DNA from: Candidatus Korarchaeum cryptofilum OPF8
GTDB taxonomy: Archaea > Korarchaeota > Korarchaeia > Korarchaeales > Korarchaeaceae
Length of the DNA: 32,000 nucleotides
Direction: 5' to 3'
Assembly: GCF_000019605.1 (NCBI RefSeq)
Contig: NC_010482.1
Coordinates: 1,260,001-1,292,000 of the forward strand
Of the stretch, positions 16,813 through 24,348 are shown piece after piece (within the stretch, counting starts at the first letter, position 1; the number at the start of each line of letters is the position of its first letter). The notes beneath the pieces were generated by a model, which worked only from the letters and a program-made list of their open reading frames with translations, had not been told where the DNA came from and did not search any database. A program made the position numbers and the translations under genes.

Positions 16813-16982
16813 CGGGTCTCCCCTAAGAGGGACGATAAAAAGGTAGTGCTATCCATGAATTACTTCGATGAGGAGAGAAGAATGAAGGGTGGGGTGAAAG
16901 GTGTTACTATGATCGTCCCGTGAAGTTTTGAAGTATTTTAGCTGATCGCATGATTTAATAGTACTATGTGGGAGGGAGTATT

Positions 16983-17726
16983 ATGTTTAGTGTTAAGGTG
17001 GGTTGCTGTGGCTTCCAGATATCTAAGAAGAAGTACGCTGAGATCTTCGATCTCGTGGAGGTTCAGGAGACCTTCTACAAATTGCCCAAGTTGGAGACCG
17101 TGAGAAGATGGAGGGAGGAAATTGGAAGCGAATCATTCGAATTCTCCGTCAAAGCATGGATGGTTTTCACACATGATCCATCGAGCGCTATCTGGAGGAA
17201 AACGGGAGTTCCTAAAGATGATGATTATGGTTTTCTCAGACCCACTGGTAAAAATCTCGAGGCATGGGATCACTTCAGAGAGATCCTGAGGGAGCTCAAC
17301 TCCGATCTCGTGATATTTCAGAGCCCACCTTCTTTCAAAGCGACGGATGAGAATATTAAGAACTCGAGAGATTTCTTCGAATCCATAAAAGGGGGGCTTA
17401 GGATAGGATGGGAAATAAGGGATGAGAGCTGGCTGAAAAGTGATCATTTCAAGAGGATCCTGGAGGATCTAGGAATAACTCACGTAGTTGATCCCCTCTA
17501 TGAGGTACCCATTCATGGGAGTTTCAGGTATTACAGGCTTCACGGATCGAGGAAGGGGAGGAGGATCGTTTACAGTTACAAGTATTCGGAGGAGGATCTA
17601 CTCAAGTTACTGGAATATTTGAGGAAGTATGCGATGGAAGTTAATTATGTCCTCTTCAATAACTCCTACTTCAGCTTAGATAATGCTAAGAGCTTCAAGT
17701 CCCTCTTGGAATCTCAGCTCAAGTAG
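16983..17726 (+). CDS. DUF72 (UPF0759) family protein
   Basis: N-terminal VGCCGF and YYRLHGS motifs as in DUF72 TIM-barrel proteins. ATG at 16983 is preferred over the upstream GTG at 16968, and GGGAGGG precedes it. Confidence 0.8.
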   Translation: MFSVKVGCCGFQISKKKYAEIFDLVEVQETFYKLPKLETVRRWREEIGSESFEFSVKAWMVFTHDPSSAIWRKTGVPKDDDYGFLRPTGKNLEAWDHFREILRELNSDLVIFQSPPSFKATDENIKNSRDFFESIKGGLRIGWEIRDESWLKSDHFKRILEDLGITHVVDPLYEVPIHGSFRYYRLHGSRKGRRIVYSYKYSEEDLLKLLEYLRKYAMEVNYVLFNNSYFSLDNAKSFKSLLESQLK

Positions 17727-18997
17727 TACCATCCCTCCATCTTCGACCAGTCCCACTTTATCCCCTCGCTGACGGCCATCCCGTAAACTATAGAGCCCCT
17801 CCAAACGCTGAATTGAGGGTCCGAAACTATCTTTGGATCGACTTCCAGCCCTATTGACCTCAACATATTCTTCAATTTCGTTGGAGAATCCGTTGCTATT
17901 CCCTCTAAACCCTTCGGAACGCTCCAGTTGAAAGCACCGCCTGAGAGTATTATCCTCCTAGAAACGGAAGTTTGGAGCTCAACCGGTATCTTTGATATCG
18001 AAAGCCTTATAGCTTCAGCTAGCGTCACGTTCCCCGGGATCACCTCTCCACCTATTAGAGTATCCTTCGGAGGAGTGAAGCCCCTCGAGTAATAGCTCTC
18101 AAATATTTCATGACCCGGGTTGAAGAAGAACTCACCGATTAAGAATCTCTGCCAGGCCTTCTCCCCCATATCGATCTCCACAGTGGTTCCGGGAATCCTG
18201 AATACTGATTGAAGGGCTCCTGGATGATCTTTAGACCATGGAATAGCTTTATTTAGGTCTAACGGAAGTAATCCAGCCATTTCTTTGAAGATTCTGACGA
18301 ATTTCTCCTCTCTAGCTAGATCTGAGTACCCCAGATCTTTCAGTATCTGGGCGGTTATCTTATCTGAATCGCTCCCTCCTCTATTGAGAGGTATTAACGC
18401 TGCCCTTATAACGTCCCTACTTATCGGTGTCACTTGAGTGTTCCCGTGGCCGGCCTCCACTACTACGCAAGTTACCGCTTTCTCCGCGATAGCAACAGCT
18501 AAGGGCTGGGGTATTATCGTCACCGCTCTGACTAAACCCCCTCCTTCCTCTGAGTTGACCTCCTGATATATCTCGAAGAGCCTCTCATACATATAAGTTG
18601 GGGCTTGCGCAGCTAGAGCTGCCACAACGAAGAAGCCTGAGAATGGTATTCCTGTAGTATCGACTCTCCCGGGATAATGCTTAAGTAAGGAGTACCTTAC
18701 GAGCTCCTTGACGACTTTCCACCCTCTTTGATCTTCTCTCTCTATAACTCCGTTCCTCATAGGATAATAGAGTCTCGATAGATCAGCTCTAGACTCCAGA
18801 TACTCTGAGACCTCATCCCCAACGACGACTTCCTTCACGCTTATTCCTCTCACCTCAGCCGAGACCTTGGATATCTTAGGGAAGTACCCCCTGTTCTCTA
18901 TCACGCTAGGGCCGGTCTTCATCATCCACCAGGGACCGAATTTGTAGAACGAGGTCCCGAAGTCGGAAGCGAAAACTGGTTTAGGTTGAGCTAGCAT
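17714..18997 (-). CDS. Crenactin (archaeal actin homologue)
   Basis: Actin-fold motifs in the crenactin form: DFGTSFYKFGP, IIPQPLAVAIAEKA, VVEAGHGNTQVTPIS, LNRGG, ILKDLGYSDLAREE, IILSGGAFNWSVP and PQFSVWRGSIVYG (compare actin SVWIGGSIL). Confidence 0.9.
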   Translation of the reverse strand: MLAQPKPVFASDFGTSFYKFGPWWMMKTGPSVIENRGYFPKISKVSAEVRGISVKEVVVGDEVSEYLESRADLSRLYYPMRNGVIEREDQRGWKVVKELVRYSLLKHYPGRVDTTGIPFSGFFVVAALAAQAPTYMYERLFEIYQEVNSEEGGGLVRAVTIIPQPLAVAIAEKAVTCVVVEAGHGNTQVTPISRDVIRAALIPLNRGGSDSDKITAQILKDLGYSDLAREEKFVRIFKEMAGLLPLDLNKAIPWSKDHPGALQSVFRIPGTTVEIDMGEKAWQRFLIGEFFFNPGHEIFESYYSRGFTPPKDTLIGGEVIPGNVTLAEAIRLSISKIPVELQTSVSRRIILSGGAFNWSVPKGLEGIATDSPTKLKNMLRSIGLEVDPKIVSDPQFSVWRGSIVYGMAVSEGIKWDWSKMEGWYYLS

Positions 18998-19586
18998 GGC
19001 CTGACACCTCCCTCATCCGTCTCAGATCGGAGGCCCTGATAAGCTTATTGGGGTTCACTCTCATTCTGCTGAGATCTACCTCAATGCCCTCCCTAATGAG
19101 GAGCAGGGCCTTCAGCTCCTCCCCGTAACCGTAGCCCCCTACCCTCATGTCTCCCCTGACCACTCTATGACAGGGGACTATGAGCGGGAAGGGGTTCTTA
19201 GATGCGTAAAGCCCGACGGCCCTCGGGGAAGTAGCTATCAATCTAGCGAGCTCCCCATAGGTCGTGAACGTACCCCGGGGGATGAGGGAAATCGCTTCGA
19301 GGGCCTCCTGGAATTTTATGTTTTCATGATTTGCTAACATTATATTAGAAGTATCTTCATTTTCTCCCGAGAATATTTTGTAAATTTTTACTGGCAACTC
19401 TCCACAATTCACAGAGCCCTTCTCCAATGTGAGATTGGGCCAAGCGGATCTGCAGTTCTTAATTAGATCATTCTCGGCCTCTTTTTCTCCCCTTAGAGGT
19501 ATCGTATTGCAGTAAATTGTCCCTTCAGCCTCGGCAATTCCTATGAATGAGCCTCCTATCGAGAAAATCTCGTACTTTACTCTCAT
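18981..19586 (-). CDS. ogt: O6-alkylguanine-DNA alkyltransferase (Ogt/MGMT)
   Basis: Active-site IVPCHRVV plus the upstream TYGELA helix-turn-helix region. 201 aa. Confidence 0.9.
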   Translation of the reverse strand: MRVKYEIFSIGGSFIGIAEAEGTIYCNTIPLRGEKEAENDLIKNCRSAWPNLTLEKGSVNCGELPVKIYKIFSGENEDTSNIMLANHENIKFQEALEAISLIPRGTFTTYGELARLIATSPRAVGLYASKNPFPLIVPCHRVVRGDMRVGGYGYGEELKALLLIREGIEVDLSRMRVNPNKLIRASDLRRMREVSGHASST

Positions 19587-19620
19587 CCCTGACCTCTCAC
19601 GCGCAAATATGGGAATGCGC

Positions 19621-19628
19621 TATATAAA
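19621..19628. promoter_or_regulatory. Palindromic TATA element in the 65-bp divergent ogt/rtcA intergenic region
   Basis: TATATAAA lies 24-31 nt upstream of the rtcA ATG at 19652 and 35-42 nt from the ogt ATG at 19586. Flanked by the inverted repeat GCGCA-N10-TGCGC. Confidence 0.45.
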
Positions 19629-19651
19629 GCAGAGCGGAGGGGGTCACATGT

Positions 19652-20698
19652 ATGGAATTCATCAGGATAGATGGGAGTTACGGTGAGGGAGGAGGATCCC
19701 TCCTGAGGTATGCTATAGCCCTCTCCTCAGTGACGATGAAACCCGTCGAGATATACAATATAAGGGTTAAGAGAGCCAATCCGGGCTTGAGGCCACAGCA
19801 TCTGAATGCTGTAAGGGCTTTAGCGAGGATAACGGAAGCTACTGTAGAGGGCGATGAGGTGGGATCCACTGCTCTGAGGTTCATACCTAGGAAGAGAGCA
19901 GGAGGCAGCTTTGAGATAGACATAGGGACTGCTGGAAGTATAAGCCTCATCATACAAGCAATCCTACCTGCTTGTATATCTTCAGAGGAGGAGATCTCCC
20001 TGAGAATTAGGGGAGGGACCGATGTCCCATTGGCGCCGCCGATCGATTATATGGCTGAAGTCTTCCTCAGGAATATGGCCCCTCTAGGAGTGAGGGCTGA
20101 GCTCAAGTTGCTGAGGAGGGGGCACTACCCTAGAGGAGGAGGTATCGTTGAGCTACATGCTAGCCCATCCAAGCTCTTTCCGATCGATAAAGTGAGAGGG
20201 GAAAAGTTCGATAGAGTTTTGGGAAGATGCCATGCCGTCAAGCTTCCAAGGAGTGTTGTGGAGAGGATATCCTCCTCTGCCATCGATACGCTCAGGAAGG
20301 AGGGGCTGAGGGTTGAGATAGAGGAGGAATGGTCTGAAGATGGGCATTTGGGTCCAGGAGCCGGGATCGTCCTCTGGACAGATTCCAACCCAAGGATCGG
20401 GGCCGATGAATTAGGAGAGAAGGGTAAACCGAGCGAGGTAGTTGGTAAGAATGCTGCTTCAAAGCTCTTAGATGAAATAAAAGCGGGGATGGCTTTCGAT
20501 AGTCACATGGGTGATATGATAATTCCTTATCTTGCTCTAGCCAGGGGGAGATCTAGAGTGGGCATATCGAAGCTTACGTTGCATGCTGAAAGTAACATAT
20601 GGCTCGTTGAGAGATTCCTCCCGGTTAAGTTCATCGTTCAAGGTGGAGTGGGCTCGCCGACTGTGATAGAAGTAGAGGGTGCTGGGCTTGAGCTATGA
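19652..20698 (+). CDS. rtcA: RNA 3'-terminal phosphate cyclase
   Basis: N-terminal DGSYGEGGGSLLRYAIALS matches the RtcA signature. 348 aa. Confidence 0.92.
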   Translation: MEFIRIDGSYGEGGGSLLRYAIALSSVTMKPVEIYNIRVKRANPGLRPQHLNAVRALARITEATVEGDEVGSTALRFIPRKRAGGSFEIDIGTAGSISLIIQAILPACISSEEEISLRIRGGTDVPLAPPIDYMAEVFLRNMAPLGVRAELKLLRRGHYPRGGGIVELHASPSKLFPIDKVRGEKFDRVLGRCHAVKLPRSVVERISSSAIDTLRKEGLRVEIEEEWSEDGHLGPGAGIVLWTDSNPRIGADELGEKGKPSEVVGKNAASKLLDEIKAGMAFDSHMGDMIIPYLALARGRSRVGISKLTLHAESNIWLVERFLPVKFIVQGGVGSPTVIEVEGAGLEL

Positions 20699-22349
20699 TG
20701 ATGAGTTCATGAGGAGAGCCAAATACATCTCTGACATCGCTCACGTAGAACTCGATGAGATCCTGAGAAAGGTTGAGGAATATATAGAGGAAATGGGCGG
20801 CTTAATTAAGCCGGATGGGGCTCTTTCCCTTATCGCAATGGAACTGGGGGTCGAGATTTCATCAGAGACTGTGAAGAAGCCTTTGCTAAGGTTGGACAGG
20901 CTGGTCCCGGGGATGAGAAAGGCATCCGTCAGGGGCAGGATCTCGAAAATATATGGAGTGATAGAATACGTGAATAGAAGTGGAGAGAGATCGGAGAGAG
21001 CCGAGCTTAGGATCTCAGACGATTACGGCCAGGCAGATGTCATAATATGGTCTCAGAGTCTCGTAGATGAGGTTAAGAGGGGGAAGTTGAGAGAGGGTGA
21101 TGAGGTCCTCCTGAGCGATGTAAGAGTGGCTAGCAGAGGCGGGAGGATCGTAATTCATCTGAGCTCGGATTCAAAGATAGAGGTTCTTTCTAGAGGAGTG
21201 GCACCGGCTAGTGAGGTAATATCGAGCACGGAGGAGATTTACGGGAGGGAAGGGGAGGAGATAGACTTCAGGGGAACTGTTGTCAGGACCTTCCCAGTAT
21301 CGGAGTTCATGAGGGAGGATGGGAGGAAGGGAAGAAGGGGATCAGCGATAGTTCAGGGGGAGGATGGAGGTACAATCAGGGTCCTTTTCTGGGGAGATAA
21401 AGCTTCTTACTCTGAGAACCTAAAACCAGGCGCTCTGGTAACGCTCAGGAACTTCAGAGTCATTACTAGGGAGGATTCTGTCGAGCTCCACTCGACATTG
21501 AGGAGCTCTGTGGATATAGAAGGAGGTATTGAGACTATAGAAGCAACAGTCCTTTACAAATTCCCAGAAGAATCTTCTCTCTTGGGAAAGAAGTTCTTAG
21601 ACATTCTAGTTGAGATAGATGGTGAGCTAGCGATATTGAGGATCTGGGATAAGTGGGTCGATCTACTGAGGGGCATGGAGCCGCCCTTCATCGTGAGGGT
21701 AGGTCCTATATTCAGGAGGTACGATGATTTACTTTCGCTCAGCAGGTCCGGGAATCTTGAGATCGTTGAGATAGTAGACAGGAAGGTTAAGGATATAGAG
21801 AAGCTCGCGAGATCCCTCAAGTACAAGAGGGTTCCAATAGGGGAAGCCTCTGACGGCTTCAGGGAGTTCAGGGGAACGATCATAGGGATCTCTGAGGAAG
21901 CTAAGGTCTCTTGGCACTGCCCGCTCTGTGGGGCTAGGGTCAGCTATGAATACGGTAGCTACAGCTGTCCGAATTGCGGCCCACTGGAGAGGGCGATCCC
22001 CCTCCTCTACCTCAGCCTCACGCTAGACGACGGTACTGGGGTCGCTAGAGTGATGGTCTTTGGGAGAAATGCAGAGAGGTTACTTCGGATGAGCACTGAG
22101 GATGTGATAAGGAGGGCTGATGAGCTGGGTCAGCCCTTCCACTCGATACCAACCGATGAGCTCTCAGCTGAGATCTTGGGCAGGGAGGTCATAGTCAGGG
22201 GGAAGGCTACTTACATGGAAGGGGGGCTCGTTAAGGTGGTCCTAGATGAGATCGAACCTGTCGACTATTCAAGCGAGGTTCATTCACTAATAAGGGAAAT
22301 AGAGGAACTTTGGTTGGGGGCTGAGGGAAATGAGAATAGTGATGGATGA
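20679..22349 (+). CDS. rpa: Replication protein A-like ssDNA-binding protein (multiple OB folds plus zinc ribbon)
   Basis: Three to four OB-like repeats; the last is interrupted by CPLCG-N13-CPNCG. The start is ambiguous: GTG at 20679 or ATG at 20709. Confidence 0.8.
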   Translation: MLGLSYDDEFMRRAKYISDIAHVELDEILRKVEEYIEEMGGLIKPDGALSLIAMELGVEISSETVKKPLLRLDRLVPGMRKASVRGRISKIYGVIEYVNRSGERSERAELRISDDYGQADVIIWSQSLVDEVKRGKLREGDEVLLSDVRVASRGGRIVIHLSSDSKIEVLSRGVAPASEVISSTEEIYGREGEEIDFRGTVVRTFPVSEFMREDGRKGRRGSAIVQGEDGGTIRVLFWGDKASYSENLKPGALVTLRNFRVITREDSVELHSTLRSSVDIEGGIETIEATVLYKFPEESSLLGKKFLDILVEIDGELAILRIWDKWVDLLRGMEPPFIVRVGPIFRRYDDLLSLSRSGNLEIVEIVDRKVKDIEKLARSLKYKRVPIGEASDGFREFRGTIIGISEEAKVSWHCPLCGARVSYEYGSYSCPNCGPLERAIPLLYLSLTLDDGTGVARVMVFGRNAERLLRMSTEDVIRRADELGQPFHSIPTDELSAEILGREVIVRGKATYMEGGLVKVVLDEIEPVDYSSEVHSLIREIEELWLGAEGNENSDG

Positions 22350-22977
22350 TAGGGAACCTGAAAGCGTAGAAAGAATTCTCAAGAGTAATGGAATAATCGT
22401 TGAGAGGAAGAGGATAGAAGTAGCCGACTATCTAATAGGAGCGGATGTCTGCGTCGAAAGGAAAACTCTGGAGGACTTTTTGAGGTCTATATACGATGGG
22501 AGACTCTTCGATCAAGTTGAGGAGATGATGAGGTGCTGCAGCAGGATTTTAGTGCTTGTCGAGGGATCTCATAGGCTTGATGGGAGAGGAAGGCTTCACT
22601 ATCTCGGAGCTCTAGCTTATCTATCCCTTAAAGGAGTCTCCGTAATACATGTGAATGGATATGAGGATACTGCCTATCTTCTAACATATCTAGCTAGGAA
22701 AGTTGAGGGAGATAAACCATCTATAATCCCGGTTAGGAGAAGGAGGAAGGCAAAGAGCTTTGAGGAAGCCTATTCTATCCTACTGAGTTTCCCATCGATC
22801 GGTCCAAAATCCGCTGAGAAATTGATGAGTGAGTTCAAAAACCTCAGGGAGATATTCAATGCGGACTTCCCTAAGCTGAAGAGCTTGATAGGGGAAGCCA
22901 AGGCGAGGAAATTCAGGGAAGTCCTTAACTCCCCCTTCGTTTATGAAAGAGAAACTAAGTTGGAGGATCAGGGATAA
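22330..22977 (+). CDS. xpf: Short XPF/ERCC4-family structure-specific nuclease with C-terminal (HhH)2
   Basis: ERCC4 core VADYLIGADVCVERKTLEDFLRSIYDGRLFDQ and HhH region FPSIGPKSAEKLMSEF. Overlaps the rpa 3' end. No helicase domain. Confidence 0.85.
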   Translation: MRIVMDDREPESVERILKSNGIIVERKRIEVADYLIGADVCVERKTLEDFLRSIYDGRLFDQVEEMMRCCSRILVLVEGSHRLDGRGRLHYLGALAYLSLKGVSVIHVNGYEDTAYLLTYLARKVEGDKPSIIPVRRRRKAKSFEEAYSILLSFPSIGPKSAEKLMSEFKNLREIFNADFPKLKSLIGEAKARKFREVLNSPFVYERETKLEDQG

Positions 22978-24266
22978 AGCCTCACAGGCGTTCTCGGGAA
23001 TGGGATGGCATCTCTTATGTGAGGCAGGCCTGCGATCCACCTGATAGTCCTCTCTATACCTAACCCGAAACCGGAGTGGGGGACGCTCCCATATCTCCTT
23101 AGATCTAGATACCACTTATAATCCTCGGGATTGAGCCCTTCCTCGACTATCCTAGATATAAGCTCATTCTCACTCTCTATCCTCTGCCCTCCTCCAACTA
23201 TTTCTCCTATCCCTTCGGGAGCGAGCAAGTCTGCGCATAAGACAACCTCCGGCCTTTTTGGATCTTGTTTATGATAGAATGCTTTAGCTTTCTTCGGATA
23301 ATGTGTGACGAAGACAGGCAAGTCGAATTCTAGTGATATGAGCCTCTCGACTTCTGTACCGAAATCTTCTCCCCACTCTATCTCAGCTCCCTTCCTTTTA
23401 GCCAGCTCCAATGCTTCATCATATGTTATTCTGGGAAACCTCCCCTCAATAGCCTCCATTCTCCTTCCTAAAGCTTCTAATTTATCTGAAGCCCTCTCCA
23501 CTACTTTCTCCACTATATACTTCACGAGGGATTCCACTACATCCATCATTCCATTGAGGTCGGCCCAAGCCATCTCAGCCTCAGCGTGCCAGAACTCAGT
23601 TAAATGCCTCCTAGTTCTGGATTTCTCAGCTCTGAAGCTCGGTTGTATTGTGTAAACATTTTCGAATGAGAATATAGCAGCCTCAAGATAGAATTGAGAG
23701 CTCTGGGTGAGGTAAGCTTTTTTCCCGAAATATGGGACCTCAAAGAGTGTAGCCCCTCCCTCTACGGCCGCGCCAACGAATGTTGGAGCCTCAACCCTTA
23801 CGAATCCATTGTTGACGAACCACTCTTCAGTCGCTCTCATCACCTCCATCCTTATCATCAGAGCGTTCCTCATCCTCGTGGTCCTTATGTGCAAGTGCCT
23901 GTTGTCTAATAGAAACTCTTCACCAACTCCTGGTTTTATTGGGAAATCTTTCGAATCCCCAACGAGGATGAACTTAGATGCTATTACCTCCAACCCTCCA
24001 GGGGCCCTGGGATCCCTTCTGAGACTCCCTTCCACGATTATAGATGCCTCTATCCCGGCACCTCTAGCAGCGGTCAGCTCCTGCTCGGATAAGTTTCCCT
24101 CTCTCAAAACCACTTGAACGGAGCCTGTTGCATCCCTCATCCTTATGAAGACTATCCCCCCAAGCTCACTCTTCCTCTGCACCCACCCAGCTAGTCTGAC
24201 ATTCTCTCCCTCCTCGAGGCCCCTGAGCTCGGCTATGTAATGGGTCTTCGCGTTGAATTTCCACAT
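22968..24266 (-). CDS. asnS: Asparaginyl-tRNA synthetase (class IIb)
   Basis: Has AYLTQSSQFYLE, FRAEKSRTRRHLTEFW, GFGLGIERTIRW and C-terminal IPFPRTP, which favour AsnRS over AspRS. 432 aa. Confidence 0.85.
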   Translation of the reverse strand: MWKFNAKTHYIAELRGLEEGENVRLAGWVQRKSELGGIVFIRMRDATGSVQVVLREGNLSEQELTAARGAGIEASIIVEGSLRRDPRAPGGLEVIASKFILVGDSKDFPIKPGVGEEFLLDNRHLHIRTTRMRNALMIRMEVMRATEEWFVNNGFVRVEAPTFVGAAVEGGATLFEVPYFGKKAYLTQSSQFYLEAAIFSFENVYTIQPSFRAEKSRTRRHLTEFWHAEAEMAWADLNGMMDVVESLVKYIVEKVVERASDKLEALGRRMEAIEGRFPRITYDEALELAKRKGAEIEWGEDFGTEVERLISLEFDLPVFVTHYPKKAKAFYHKQDPKRPEVVLCADLLAPEGIGEIVGGGQRIESENELISRIVEEGLNPEDYKWYLDLRRYGSVPHSGFGLGIERTIRWIAGLPHIRDAIPFPRTPVRLYP

Positions 24267-24348
24267 ACCACATCACCTCTCCGATGCACGGGGAATCAAT
24301 AATTAAGTGCATCTGTGAAGCTACTTAATATCCTTTGGGGGGATATAT

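Noticed and set aside
16829-16919. An 8-bp inverted repeat, GGGACGAT...ATCGTCCC, enclosing 75 nt in the clp1/DUF72 divergent intergenic region, considered as a structured ncRNA.
   Set aside because: An 8-bp complement within about 150 nt is not far from chance expectation. No K-turn, ACA box or other supporting motif is present, and the region must also hold two promoters.
16657-16923. An 88-aa plus-strand ORF spanning the clp1 5' end and the intergenic region.
   Set aside because: It overlaps the clp1 start in antisense, has no motif or plausible start context, and is most likely spurious.
22918-22977. C-terminus of XPF, inspected for a PCNA-interacting (PIP) box as in crenarchaeal XPF.
   Set aside because: No Qxx[LIM]xx[FY][FY] match was found. 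REVLNSPFVY is only a loose resemblance, so no claim is made.
24283-24313. A 7-bp palindrome, GATGCAC-N17-GTGCATC, between asnS and the ubiD-like gene, considered as an operator.
   Set aside because: It is short and statistically unremarkable for an 80-nt spacer, and I have no second copy or known regulator motif to compare it with.
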